Shown piece by piece: positions 38,298-50,865 of a stretch of 64,000 nucleotides of DNA (within the stretch, counting starts at the first letter, position 1; each line of letters starts with the position of its first letter). The DNA is taken from assembly GCF_964204645.1 (NCBI RefSeq), contig NC_134033.1, positions 2,562,131-2,626,130 on the forward strand, written 5' to 3'. Origin of the DNA: Tubulanus polymorphus (lineage: Eukaryota; Animalia; Nemertea). The translations under genes were made by a program, and so were the position numbers. The notes beneath the pieces were generated by a model. The model searched no databases. It worked only from the letters and a program-made list of their open reading frames with translations, and was not told where the DNA came from.

Positions 38298-39317
38298 CAC
38301 GTTAAAACCAACCTTTCACGGACACCAACTCAAAAAAAAATCAAACGAAATCGACTAATCAAATAAATTACGGGGTCAATCCCTATTTTAAGTTAAAGAA
38401 AAAACTAACCTTTCGTTTTTACTGCGAATTAGAAAATACGGCTTCAACGAAAAACCACGTTAAAAACAAAAAGACCACGTCACAACGAAGTTCTTTCTTT
38501 AAATCATATATGTCATAAGTAGCGATTGACCCTGAAGTTCATTCAATAGATAGATTTCGTTTAATTTGTTTCGATTTGATCGTTGTCCCTTACAAACCCA
38601 CGACGCCTACCGGGATCGGACACAGGCGGTTTTCATTTTGATTTGAAATCACGAATCGAAGTACAGATATAGTTTGCGTGATCGGCGGTCGAATTTACAG
38701 AATCGTTTTTGTTACATGTTTTTTTGAAGTACGTATCTGGAACTGGTTGTAACGTGGCTCAAGACGAAAAGTGTAAAATGTAGAAAAGAAAATAGTCATA
38801 TTGTGTCATTTAAATAGTTTCATATCTTTATTTCAATGCGGCCCGAATTAGCTAAGATACATGTCGCTTAGTTGCGAGAGATTCACACGGTTAAAATTTA
38901 CCAAAGTGTCGTCAAAATCGATTATAGGACCGATCAAATATGAATAAACACATGGCTCATCCAACCGGACGAAAAGTATCCTAACAAAATGGCGGCTAGC
39001 AACTTTAAAATGGTTACTAAAACTTACATTCAAAGCGCGCTCGTTCTCTGCGTTCTCAGTTCGTCTGTAATGTGCCTACCGCTGCATTGAGCCGACAGAT
39101 TCGAAGCGCGTTCAACTACCATGTACGGAAAAGAAAAAAAAACAGGGAGTGTCAATCTAGAGAGCTTACCGGCAGTCTGACGTGAGAGAGACAGACAGAG
39201 AGAGGGGAGAGAGAGGGAGGAGAGATATCGTAAACTCGATGCTACTGAACTGGCTCAGTTTGTGCGAAGGAGGAAAACTTCAGGTTATCGCTCAAACGCT
39301 CGTGAGATTTATGTACG

Positions 39318-40541
39318 ATGAGAAACTTGACGCTGCCGTCGTTACCAACGCCCCCTGCAACACGGCCGCTACCTGCGTCGCCACCTCAGTTTATCAGGGC
39401 TTTCTTACATTTTCTCCATGAATACAATGTTGTATGGCGCGTTAAAATCGCTGAAGTATTGTTCCTGTATCCGCTGGGAAGCGCGTTCAACTTTCTGACA
39501 ATCATTTTACTGATAAACTGTCGCAGATTTCAGTCGGTTCGTTACACGTTCCCCTATCTCATAACACTGGCGTTTTCGGATCAACTTGTCGTGTTGTTTG
39601 GTTTAAGGAAATTCGCTAACACCATTGTGTCAACCCTAACAGATGGATTAGGATATCATCCGGAATGTAAAAGTTGGACTCTACATGGGCGTCAAAAGGG
39701 CGTCGCATCATGTCCATCGATTTATTATTATTGGCATTATTTCTATCGTGTAATAGAACGGAATACTCCGGTTTGTTACATCGAGTATTTGTTCAATGAT
39801 CAAGCGATCACTGTGTCTAATTATATCATTGTTGTGATTTCTATCGAGAGATTTGTCTCCGTTCGTTTTCCTTTTTTCCATATGAAATATTTCACCGTTA
39901 CTCGACGTAGATTCGCCGTAATAATTGTAGTCGTTTCTGCAACAATTTTGAACTTGGATCTGCCGATATTTAATCGAATTAGGTTACCGAAAAGGCGTAA
40001 TGGTGGCTACCACGAGTTCTACTGTAGTTCGTATAGTTATCGTGACAACACTGTCATGGTACGCACATACAGATCTGTTGCGGTATTTATTCGGGATATA
40101 GTCCCGGTTTTGATTGTAGTAACAACATCAGTGGCAACTGCTAGAATTCGCCGTGGAGGTAAAACACGTATTGGCGCCTCAGTCGGCAACAGTCGTCATA
40201 AAACTGAAACCAGTAAAACACTTCTACTAATAGTTCTTGTTTATCTGGTACTAGTAATGCCATACGCTATATGCGACTGTACGGACAAGTTGGCCAGTGT
40301 GGTGTCCTCGTTAGTGCGTCGAATTAATGGCTTTGAAATCACTATCGGAGAAACCCCCATCATTGTCTTCTTTGTTAGGATACTGTGGAATATATTTGCC
40401 CGGATATTAACGTTTCCTCGACAGTGCGTTTTCTGTGTGAATTTCTTTATATACGTAACAACGCTGAGAGTTTTCCGACGCAAACTTGTCGGTGTTTTCC
40501 GCTGTAACTGTCGCCGAACGATTCCGAGTCAGTCCCAGTAG
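39318..40541 (+). CDS. Intronless class A GPCR, copy 1 (407 aa; FMRFamide-receptor/Srw-like, putative chemoreceptor)
   Basis: Seven hydrophobic segments; TM2 LAFSD, TM3 SIERFVSVRFP, TM5 DIVP, TM6 VMPY, TM7 NFFIY. Confidence 0.92.
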   Translation: MRNLTLPSLPTPPATRPLPASPPQFIRAFLHFLHEYNVVWRVKIAEVLFLYPLGSAFNFLTIILLINCRRFQSVRYTFPYLITLAFSDQLVVLFGLRKFANTIVSTLTDGLGYHPECKSWTLHGRQKGVASCPSIYYYWHYFYRVIERNTPVCYIEYLFNDQAITVSNYIIVVISIERFVSVRFPFFHMKYFTVTRRRFAVIIVVVSATILNLDLPIFNRIRLPKRRNGGYHEFYCSSYSYRDNTVMVRTYRSVAVFIRDIVPVLIVVTTSVATARIRRGGKTRIGASVGNSRHKTETSKTLLLIVLVYLVLVMPYAICDCTDKLASVVSSLVRRINGFEITIGETPIIVFFVRILWNIFARILTFPRQCVFCVNFFIYVTTLRVFRRKLVGVFRCNCRRTIPSQSQ

Positions 40542-42643
40542 CTCAGTGGGGTAAGGCGTGATGCTGTTGCATTCACTACCCTATCAGTGTCGAGTGGCAA
40601 ACGGGTTTGAGTTCTGCTGGCTGCTTACAATGCGTGCGGGGCTGTTGTCCAATCGTGACGGTAGATGATGGAAAATCAATGATCCAAAAGGATTGAAATA
40701 AACGATATTAATATCACTTAAACTGTACCATTTAATCAATTACCTAAACTTGATATTTAATGTCGTGGAAGCTAGGAACAAGGAAATTAACTAAGTTTTA
40801 TTGAAGCCTCGATCGATGAAATATATTGATTAATGTTTTCGATAATGAATAACTGAATGACAATGGGAACAGCATTAAACGAATATGATACCAAGACTCA
40901 TTCGCATCTGCGATGTACGGCGTATTCAGATCTCACTGGCCATGTTTTGGTAGAAAAAAACATATCATCAATTCAATCCATTGAATCGATAATATTGATC
41001 GGCAACTAATATTGCCCCAATGTCATCCTAGTAGTCAATAAAGATTCATTACCAAAAATATAATTCACGAAGTTTTGCTTATTGTAAAATAATCGCCAAA
41101 ATGTTCTCAACTGTATTGTATATTGAAGCCGGTTTGTGAAACGCCAATATCGATGACGTAGTGCACATTGACACACATACTGCACAAACCCCTTTTCGGA
41201 AAAACCAAAAAAAGGTTGAAGCTCATTTTTGCTTTTTTCTCAAAAAGATAAACCTGCTTGTCTTAACTATCAAGTTCATCGATATCCATCAGATATCCAA
41301 GAAGGCTATCCTGGTGGCCATATTTGACGTCTGATGACCTCCGTTTAGAAAATGTTGGGCATTGAAACGACTGTAAGACATCTAGAAGGGCATACTGATA
41401 CAGTGTGAACTGCCAGTTCGTTCAGTTTGCCATCCCGTGAAAAATAGGTCAGTGTCGTTCAGAATGATGTAACGGTCGTGATCTTCTGGCCAAATTTTTG
41501 TGTGCATTAAAACAAGTAGAAATTCTACTCACCAAATGATACTAAATTGCCATAGCACAGCGCCACTCTTCTATTCCATGTATTCATTTTTTGGAAGACT
41601 TCCGCGGGCACTCCCTTATAGTTTCCGGATTCAGTTGATCAGATAATCCCGAGTCTAATTTCCTCAAGTTATGGAGAGTAAACGCGAGCGAACTTTAAAC
41701 ACGTATATTCCGATATGTTAAATCGCTTGTCGTGTGGACTGAAGACCGCGGGAACAACATCGAATAAAACCGCGTCAGAATAACTATATTCGAAGTTGAG
41801 AACACTGAAATTGTACGCGTGATTCAAGAAGTCGTCAGTTATTTGCAAATTAGCGAAATGAATTTCATATCCCTGAAAACTAGAGATTAACGCGGTTTTG
41901 CATGTGACCAGTTTGAAAATAGTTTTTTAAATCGATCTCGGGACCGATGAAATAAATATGAAGAAACTCGTGACACAAATATTTTCTTAAAAGAAACGGC
42001 CCAAAAAACAGGGTCCAGTTCGACAGTCATGAGTTAGAGTTAACTCTGAGTTAAATAAAGTCAGTTCATTTTCAATGAATTAACTCTGAGCCAGGTACTG
42101 GATCAAGGACAAAAGTACCCTAACAAAAAGGCGGCTAGCAACTTGATTGAAAATGGTTGCAAAAACTTATATCCAACGCGCGCTCATTCAAATACTTACT
42201 TGGCCATCTATATCTAAATTGTCCGTACATTTGTTGCGAGGTTCCAGTTTATCGCAAAACGTCATAAACGTTCTAGGAAGGACAGTGTTCTGTGTCGTGG
42301 TTCGTGTAGTTGAATGCAGCGGTGAAAGATATATGAGGGACTGGTACAAAGTGACCGGTCACCTGTTTATTGTAATGCGACAAACACGACCGAGCATCTG
42401 GCGAAACCCAGCGTGGCGAAAACGCGGCCGATTTTAAAAATCGCGAAAACATCTCTTAAATTGTCAAGTCAGATTGTCGAATCTAATAAGCAAAGTTCTA
42501 CAAGATAGGCTCAATGTTTCTGGTATATTGATTATAAATCAATTTTCAACCACGTGTGACCGTAATAACGACAGTTGGGGTAATATCAATCACGACAGAT
42601 CATCCAGATGTGACACGATGCCCCGAAGCAAATTTGACGACAA

Positions 42644-42716
42644 GCCTCCATAGGTCAGGGGTTAGAGCACTGGTCTTGTAAACCAGGGGTCGAGAGTTCA
42701 AATCTCTCTGGGGGCA
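42644..42716 (+). tRNA. tRNA-Thr(TGT), one D-stem mismatch (gene or young pseudogene)
   Basis: GCCTCCA TA GGTC AGGGGTTA GAGC A CTGGT CTTGTAA ACCAG GGGTC GAGAG TTCAAAT CTCTC TGGGGGC A folds as a cloverleaf; a T7 terminator lies ~10 nt downstream. Confidence 0.85.
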
Positions 42717-43328
42717 TGGCAGCAATTTTTTTCGCGAAATGATGGATCCTCGGACACTGGTGATTCAAAGAAATCTAGGGGTTTGATTTGAAAAGTCGAT
42801 TGGAAATCGAAGCACGGACAGTTGGATGGATTGGTTCTGGAAATTCTGGAAGTTATGCTGTAGCTTTAGTGGTGAATATATATCTACAACAACATAGTTA
42901 AATTCCTCTCATATTGACGCATCAAACCACCAAATAGAACAAGTTATATGTATATACATATTTATGCGCGGGATTTCAAAAATATACACGACGAGAAATA
43001 TGTTCACAGTTCGTCTGTAATTTGCATGTTGCTGCATAAAGCCGACAGATTCGAAGCGCGTTCAACAACCATGTATGGAAAAAACAGGAATTGTCAATCT
43101 AAAGGGCTTACCGGCAGTCTGACGTAAGGGAGTGAGAGAGGGAGGAGAGAGGGAGTAGAGAGTTGGAGAGAGAGAGGAAGGAGAGAGAGGGAGAGAGAGA
43201 GGAAGGAGAGAGAGATGGCAAAGTGAGGGAGAGATATCGTAAACTCGATGCTACATAGAACTGAATCAGTTGACGCGAAGGAAGAAAACTTCAAGTTATT
43301 TCTCAAACGCTCGTGAGATTTATATACG

Positions 43329-44573
43329 ATGAGAAATTTTACGCTGTCGCCACTACCGCAGCTTCTACCGACACGGCAGCTACTACCGACACGACAGCTA
43401 CTACCGACACGGCCGCCACCTTCGCTGCCAATGCCGCAGTTTATCAGGGCTTTCAATAAATTTCTCTACGAAAACAATGTTTTTATGCGCGTTGATATCG
43501 CTGAAGTATTGTTCCTGTATCCGTTGGGAAGCGCGTTCAACTTTCTGTCGATCATTTTACTGATGAAGTGTCGCAGATTTCAGTCAGTTCGTTACACGTT
43601 CCCTTATCTCATAACTATAGCGTTTTCGGATCAACTTGTCGTATTGTTTGGTTTAAGGAAATTCGCGAACACCATTGTGTCAATCCTAACCCGTGGATTA
43701 GGATACTATCCGGAATGTAAAAGTTGGACACTACTTGGGCGTCAAAAGGGCATTGCATCATGTCCATCGATTTATTATTATTGGCATTATTTCTATCGTG
43801 TAATTGAACGGTATACTCCGGTTTGTTACATCGATAATTTGTTCAATAATCAAGCGATCACTGTGTCTAATTATATCATCGTTGTGATTTCTATCGAGAG
43901 ATTTGTCTCCGTTCGTTTTCCTTTTCTTCACATGCAACATTTCACAGGAACTCGACGTAGATTCGCCATAATAATTGTAGTCGTTTTTGCCTTCATTTTA
44001 AACTTGGATTTACCGATATTTAATCGAATTAGGTTATCAAAGATTGGCTTATACTTATGTAGTTATAATAATCCCGACAACACTCTCATGGTTCAAACAT
44101 ACAGATCTGTTGCGGTATTTATTCGGGATATAGTCCCGGCTTTAATTGTATTAACAACATCAGTGGCAACTGCTAGAATTCGCCGGGGAGGTAAAACACG
44201 TATTGGTGCCTCAGTCGGCAACAGTCGTCATAAAACTGAAACCAGTAAAACACTTCTACTAATAGTTCTTGTTTATCTGTTACTAGTAATGCCATACGCT
44301 ACATGTGACTGTACGGACAAGTTGAGCAGTTTGGTGCCCTTGTTGGTGCGTCGAATAAATGGCTTCAAAATCACTTTTAGAAAAACCCCCATCATTTTCT
44401 TCTTTGTTAGGATACTGTGGAATATATTAGCCCGGATATTAACGCTTCCTCGACAGTGCGTTTTCTGCGTGAATTTCTTTATATACGTAACAACGCTGAA
44501 AGTTTTCCGACACAAACTTGTCGGTGTTTTCCGCTGTAACTGTCGCCGAACGGTTCAGAGTCAGTCCCTGTAG
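43329..44573 (+). CDS. Class A GPCR, copy 2 (414 aa)
   Basis: Paralog of copy 1 with the same motifs; N-terminal LLPTR(Q) x3. Confidence 0.92.
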   Translation: MRNFTLSPLPQLLPTRQLLPTRQLLPTRPPPSLPMPQFIRAFNKFLYENNVFMRVDIAEVLFLYPLGSAFNFLSIILLMKCRRFQSVRYTFPYLITIAFSDQLVVLFGLRKFANTIVSILTRGLGYYPECKSWTLLGRQKGIASCPSIYYYWHYFYRVIERYTPVCYIDNLFNNQAITVSNYIIVVISIERFVSVRFPFLHMQHFTGTRRRFAIIIVVVFAFILNLDLPIFNRIRLSKIGLYLCSYNNPDNTLMVQTYRSVAVFIRDIVPALIVLTTSVATARIRRGGKTRIGASVGNSRHKTETSKTLLLIVLVYLLLVMPYATCDCTDKLSSLVPLLVRRINGFKITFRKTPIIFFFVRILWNILARILTLPRQCVFCVNFFIYVTTLKVFRHKLVGVFRCNCRRTVQSQSL

Positions 44574-45010
44574 TCAGTGGGATAAGGCGAGATGCATTCA
44601 CTATCAGTGTTGAGCGGTATCGGGTTCGAGTCCTGCTGCCTGCAGCGTGTGCGGGCTTCGAGTCCTGCTGGCTGCTTATAGAGTGTGCGGGCAACACTTC
44701 GCGGACCTTGGTCCCGTCGGGATAGAATCTGGGGGGGGGGGGGCAGTCTTGGGAAAACCAATCCGGTGTAGAATCACAAATCCAGCTTCCCATCCTAATG
44801 TAAACGATGGTAATGATTAACCCAACAGGGTTAGTGTGGTGAAATTAAGATCCAACTGACGTAAAGCGCTGAGTTACAAGCAGGTTCGAGTCCTGCTGGC
44901 TGTGTACAGTGTACGGGTCCTTAATCCCATCCTGAAGGTAAACCGTGTTAAATGAAACCAACAGGGTTAGTATGTGGTGAAACCAAGATCCAACTCTAAA
45001 GCAAGATAAA
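44565..45010 (+). mobile_element. tRNA-derived SINE sequence with internal duplications, abutting the GPCR stop. Equivalent copies at ~50857-51310, 52520-52970, 55746-56195, 62275-62620; truncated heads at ~40532, 47717, 59038
   Basis: A-box-like tag(c)tcagtggg and repeated B-box ggttcgagtcc; homologous to the free copy at 8880-9030(-). Confidence 0.75.
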
Positions 45011-46527
45011 CTCTTATTTGAAATAAAACGTTATTAATATCGCTAAAACTGTACCATTTAATCAATTCTCTTCACTTGATATTAATGTTGTTGAAGCTTT
45101 AAACAAGAAAACTAACTAACTCAGTTTATTGAAGCCTTCAACGATAAAATGCATTGCTTAATATTGTCGAAAATGAATTACTGAGCGTTTTTGTTAAAAA
45201 CAGGGCGGATTTGACGAAAATATGGTCAATATACCAGGTCTAAACCGCATCTGCGGTGCATATCGCATTCAGATTTCACTGGTCACATTTTGGTAGTAAA
45301 TGTATATCGACAATTTAATGTTGTCCTAATTGCGATCGAAATCCATTTTAAAGAAGACATAAAAATTCATCAGATAGAAAATAATATTCGGGCCACATTC
45401 AACAAGATACGACGCTCGATAATCACTAATCATTTTTTTTTTACATTTTTACACTATTCGTTTTAACGCCACGTTACAACCAACCTTTCGGGGAGACCAA
45501 CTCAAAAAATCAAACGAAATCATTGACCAATCAAATAAATTATAGGGTCAATCCGTATTTTAATATATAGAAAGAATTAGCCTTTCGTTTTTACTGCGAA
45601 TCAGCAAATATGGTTTCAACAAAAAAAAAGCAGGTTAAACCCGAAAAGACCACGTTACAACGAACAACTGATCTTTCTTAAAATTTTTAAGTAGTGATTG
45701 ACCCTGAAGTTCATTTAAATGATAGATTTCGCTTGATTTGTTTCGATTTGATCGGTGTCCCTTACAGACCAAACCACCACACCTGCCGGGATCGAAACAG
45801 GGGGTTCGAATTAGAAATCAGCAATCGAAGTACAGATATAGTTGGCGATATATATCCGATCGGTTGTCGGATCTACAGATTTTTTTTGGTCTAAATCGAA
45901 GTACGTAATTGGAACTGGTTTAAACATGGCTCAAAACGAGAAAAATGTGGCGTTATGGCGGCTAGGAACTTTAAAACGGTTACTGAATCTTACATTCAAC
46001 GCGCGCTCTTTCAGTTACTTGTTACTTTCTTGGCCATATCTCTGTAAACTAGCCGCCAATAGATTTGTTGCGAAGTTAGACATTTTTCGCGAAATGGATC
46101 CTCGGACAAACTGGTGGTTCAAAGAGTTTCCGATTGCGACAACAAGAAACTAGGGTTTGGATTTTGAAAATCGATCGAAAATCGAAGCACGGATAGCTGG
46201 ATGTTTTAGCATTGGTTCTAGACTGGATATTCATAGTTAGGCTGCAGCTTTAGTAGTGATTTTTGCGCGTGATTTCAAAAATAATACACGACGAGAAATA
46301 TGTTCACAGTTCGTCTGTAATGTGCGTATTGCTGCATAAAGCCGACAGATTCGAAGCGCATTCAACAACCACGTACAGAAAAAACAGGGAGTGTCAATCT
46401 GAAGAGCTTACCAGAGGAGAGAGGCAGGAGTGATATCGTAAACTCGATGTTACATAGAACTGAATCAGTTGACGCGAAGGAGGAAAACTTCAAGTTAATT
46501 CTCAAGCGCTCGTGAGATTAATTTACG

Positions 46528-47739
46528 ATGAGAAATTTAACCCTAACCCCGCTACCTCCGCCACGTCCAGTTCCACTGCTGCAGTTTATCCGGGCGTTCG
46601 CGCAATTTTTCCGTGATAACGGTGTTTATAGACGCATGGATTTCGCTAAAGCATTGTTCCTGTATCCGCTGGGAAGCGTGTTCAACTTTCTGACAATCAT
46701 TTTACTGATAAAGTGTCGCAAATATCAGTCGGTTCGTTACACGTTCCCCTATCTCATAACACTAGCGTTTTCGGATCAACTTGTCGTGTTGTTTGGTTTA
46801 AGAACATTCGCTGTAACCATCAGGACATTTGTTATCTACGAATTAGGATATTATCCGGAATGTAAGAGTCGGATGGTGTTTGAAAGTAAAGAGGCAAGTG
46901 CATTATGTCCATTGATTTACTATTACTGGTATTATTTCTATAGTGTAATAGAACGGAATATTCCGATATGTTACATCGAGAATTTGTTCAATAATCAAGC
47001 GATCACTGTGTCTAATTATATCATTGTTGTGATTTCTATCGAGAGATTTGTCTCCGTTCGTTTTCCATTTTTTCACATGAAAAATTTCACCGCAACTAAC
47101 CGTAGATATGCCCTAATAATTGTGGTCGTTTTTGCAATCATTTTGAACTTAGATCTACCGATATTCAATAGAATTAGGTTAGTAAAAACAATTTATGGTG
47201 GCTACGATGTGTTCTCCTGTAGTCATAGTAGTTTTAATTTCGACATCATTGTCGTGATTCGTACATACAGATCTGTTGCGGTATTTATTCGGGATATAGT
47301 CCCGGTTTTGATTGTAGTAACGACATCAGTAGCAACTGCTACAATTCGCCGGGGAGGTAAAACACGTATTGGCGCCTCAGTCGGCAACAGTCGTCATAAA
47401 ACTGAAACCAGTAAAACACTTCTACTAATAGTTCTTGTTTATCTGGTACTAGTAATGCCATACGCTATATGTGAATGTTGGAACAATTTGTTCCATTTGG
47501 TGTTCTCGTTATCGATTATGATTAATCGCTTCGTAATCACTCCTACAGAAAACCCCATCATTTTCTTCTTTGTTTTAACGTTGTGGAACACATTATCCAA
47601 TATGTTAACACTTCCTCGACAGTGCGTTTTCTGCCTGAATTTCTTTATATACGTAACAACGCTGAGAGTTTTCCGACACAAACTTGTCGGTGTTTTCCGC
47701 TGTAGTCCGCTTGTCAGTCCCAGTAGCTCAGTGGGTTAA
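46528..47739 (+). CDS. Class A GPCR, copy 3 (403 aa; most divergent)
   Basis: Same TM motifs; distinct N-terminus, ECL1, ECL2 and ECL3. Confidence 0.92.
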   Translation: MRNLTLTPLPPPRPVPLLQFIRAFAQFFRDNGVYRRMDFAKALFLYPLGSVFNFLTIILLIKCRKYQSVRYTFPYLITLAFSDQLVVLFGLRTFAVTIRTFVIYELGYYPECKSRMVFESKEASALCPLIYYYWYYFYSVIERNIPICYIENLFNNQAITVSNYIIVVISIERFVSVRFPFFHMKNFTATNRRYALIIVVVFAIILNLDLPIFNRIRLVKTIYGGYDVFSCSHSSFNFDIIVVIRTYRSVAVFIRDIVPVLIVVTTSVATATIRRGGKTRIGASVGNSRHKTETSKTLLLIVLVYLVLVMPYAICECWNNLFHLVFSLSIMINRFVITPTENPIIFFFVLTLWNTLSNMLTLPRQCVFCLNFFIYVTTLRVFRHKLVGVFRCSPLVSPSSSVG

Positions 47740-48964
47740 GGCGACGATTCCCTTCAAAAATACTGTTTGTATAAGGACGATTCCGCCTACTGTACGACGG
47801 TCGAAACATTGTCCCCGTTTCATATAAGACTGAAGAAATATTTCAATTCAAAAAAACGAGCGCGAAGTAAAAAATGCGGTGAAATTCATCATTTGCCGAT
47901 CGAAAAATAGAAACTCTACTTACCAAACAATCATTAATTGCCAACAACTTTCAGACTTCCGCGCGCACTTCCTTTTATGGTTTCGGATTCAGTTGATGAG
48001 ATAATCCCGAGTCTAATTTCCTCAAGTTATGGAGAGTAAACGCGAGCGAACTTTAAACATGTATATTCCGATATGTTAAATCGCTTGTCGTGTGGACTGA
48101 ACACCGCGGGAACAACATTGAATAACACCGCGTCAAAATTAACTATATTCGAAGTTGAGAACACTGAAATTGTACGCGTGATTCAAGAAGTCGTCAGTTA
48201 TTTGCAAATTAGCGAAATGAATTTCATATCCCTGAAAACTAGAGATTAACGCGGTTTTGCATGTGACCAGTTTGAAAATAGTTTTTTAAATCGATCTCGG
48301 GACCGATGAAATAAATATGAAGCAACTCGTGACACAAATATTTTCTTAAAAGAAACGGCCCAAAAAACAGGGTCCAGTTCGACAGTCATGAGTTAGAGTT
48401 AACTCTGAGTTAAATAAAGTCAGTTCATTTTCAATGAGTTAACTCTGAGCCAGGTACTGGATCAAGGACAATATACCCTAACAAAAGGCGGCTAGCAACT
48501 TGATTGAAAATGGTTACAAAAACTTATATCCAATGCGCGCTCATTCAAATATTTACTTGGCCATCTCTATCTAAACTGTCCGTACATTTGTTGCGAGGTT
48601 CCAGTTTATCGCAAAACGTCATAAACGTTCTAGGAAGGACAGTGTTCTGTGTCGTGGTTCGTGTAGTTGAATGCAGCGGTGAAAGATATATGAGGGACTG
48701 GTACAAAGTGACCGGTCACCTGTTTATTGTAATGCGACAAACACGACCGAGCATCTGGCGAAACCCAGTGTGGCGAAAACGCGGCCGATTTCAAACTCGT
48801 GAAAACATCTTTAAAAATTGTCAAGATAGGCTCAATATTTCTTGTATATTGATTATGAATCAATTTTCAACCACGTGTGACCGTTATAACGACAGTTGGG
48901 GTAACATCAATCACGATGGATCATCCAGATGTTACTCCATGCCTCGTAGCGAACTTGACGACAA

Positions 48965-49037
48965 GCCTCCAAAGCTCAGGGGTTAGAGCACTGGTCTTGT
49001 AAACCTGGGGTCGAGAGTTCAAATCTCTCTGGGGGCA
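48965..49037 (+). tRNA. tRNA-Thr(TGT) copy, probable pseudogene
   Basis: Same cloverleaf, but the invariant U8 is A and the anticodon stem has a T:T mismatch (ACCTG). Confidence 0.75.
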
Positions 49038-49621
49038 TGGCTGCAATTTTTTTCGCGAAATGGATCCTCGGACGCTGGTGATTCAAAAAAAACTAGGGGT
49101 TTGATTTGTAAAACCTATCGGAAATCGAAGCACGGACAGTTGGATTGATTGGTTCTGGATATTCAAAGTTAAGCTGCAGCTTTAGTAGTGAATATATATA
49201 GTTTAAATTCCTCTCATATTGTCGCATCAAACCACGAAATAGAACATGTTATATGTATATACATATTTCTGCGCGTGATTTCAAAAAAGATTCACGACGA
49301 GAAATATGTTCACAGTTCGTCTGTAATTTGCATGTTGCTGCATAAAGCCGACAGATTCGAAGCGCGTTCAACAACCATGTACGGAAAAAACAGGGAGTGT
49401 CAATTTAGAGAGCTTACCGGCAGTCTGACGTAAGGGAGTGAGAGAGGGAGGAGAGAGGAAGTAGAGAGTTGGAGAGAGAGAGGGAAAGAGAGAGGAAGGA
49501 GAGAGAGATGGCAGAGTGAGGGAGAGATATCGTAAACTCGATGATACGTAGAACTGAATCCGTTGACGCGAAGGAGGAAAACTTCAGGTTATTTCTCAAA
49601 CGCTCGTGAGATTTATATACG

Positions 49622-50865
49622 ATGAGAAATTTTACGCTGTCGCCGCTACCGCAGCTACTACCGACACGACAGCTACTACCGACACGCAGCTACTACCGAC
49701 ACGGCCGCCACCTTCGCTGCCAATGCCGCAGTTTATCAGGGCTTTCAATAAATTTCTCTACGAAAACAATGTTTTTAGGCGCGTTGATATCGCTGAAGTA
49801 TTGTTCCTGTATCCGCTGGGAAGCGTGTTCAACTTTCTGACGATCATTTCACTGATAAAGTGTCGCAGATATCAGTCAGTTCGTTACACGTTCCCCTACC
49901 TCATAACACTAGCGTTTTCGGATCAACTTGTCGTGTTGTTTGGTTTAAGGAAATTCGCGAACACCATTGTGTCAATCCTAACCCGTGGATTAGGATACTA
50001 TCCGGAATGTAAAAGTTGGACTCTACTTGGGCGTCAAAAGGGCATCGCATCATGTCCATCGATTTACTATTATTGGCATTATTTCTATCGTGTAATTGAA
50101 CGGTATACTCCGGTTTGTTACATCGATAATTTGTTCAATAATCAAGCGATCACTGTGTCTAATTATATCATCGTTGTGATTTCTATCGAGAGATTTGTCT
50201 CCGTTCGTTTTCCTTTTCTTCACATGCAACATTTCACAGGAACTCGACGTAGATTTGCCGTAATAATTGTAGTCGCTTTTGCCGTCATTTTAAACTTGGA
50301 TTTACCGATATTTAATCGAATTAGGTTATCAAAGATTGGCTTATACTTATGTAGTTATAATAATCCCGACAACACTCTCATGGTTCGTACACACAGATCT
50401 GTTGCGGTATTTATTCGGGATATAGTCCCGGCTTTAATTGTATTAACAACATCAGTGGCAACTGCTAGAATTCGCCGGGGAGGTAAAACACGTATTGGCG
50501 CCTCAGTCGGCAACAGTCGTCATAAAACTGAAACCAGTAAAACACTTCTACTAATAGTTCTTGTTTATCTGGTACTAGTAATGCCATACGCTATATGTGA
50601 CTGTACGGACAAGTTGGCCATTTTGGTGTCCTCGTTAGCGCGTCGAATAAATGGCTTCAAAATCACTTTTAGAGAAACCCCCATCATTTTCTTCTTTGTT
50701 AGGATACTGTGGAATATATTAGCCCGGATATTAACGTTTCCTCGACAGTGCGTTTTCTGCGTGAATTTCTTTATATACGTAACAACGCTGAGAGTTTTCC
50801 GACACAAACTTGTCGGTGTTTTCCGCTGCAACTGTCGCCGAACGGTTCCGCGTCAGTCCCAGTAG
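49622..50865 (+). pseudogene. GPCR copy 4: frameshifted just after the normal ATG; may be rescued by the in-frame ATG at 49723 (380 aa)
   Basis: One base is missing in the 18-bp N-terminal repeat near 49687 (gacacg-cagcta versus gacacgacagcta in copy 2). The rest of the frame is intact and near-identical to copy 2. Confidence 0.75.
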
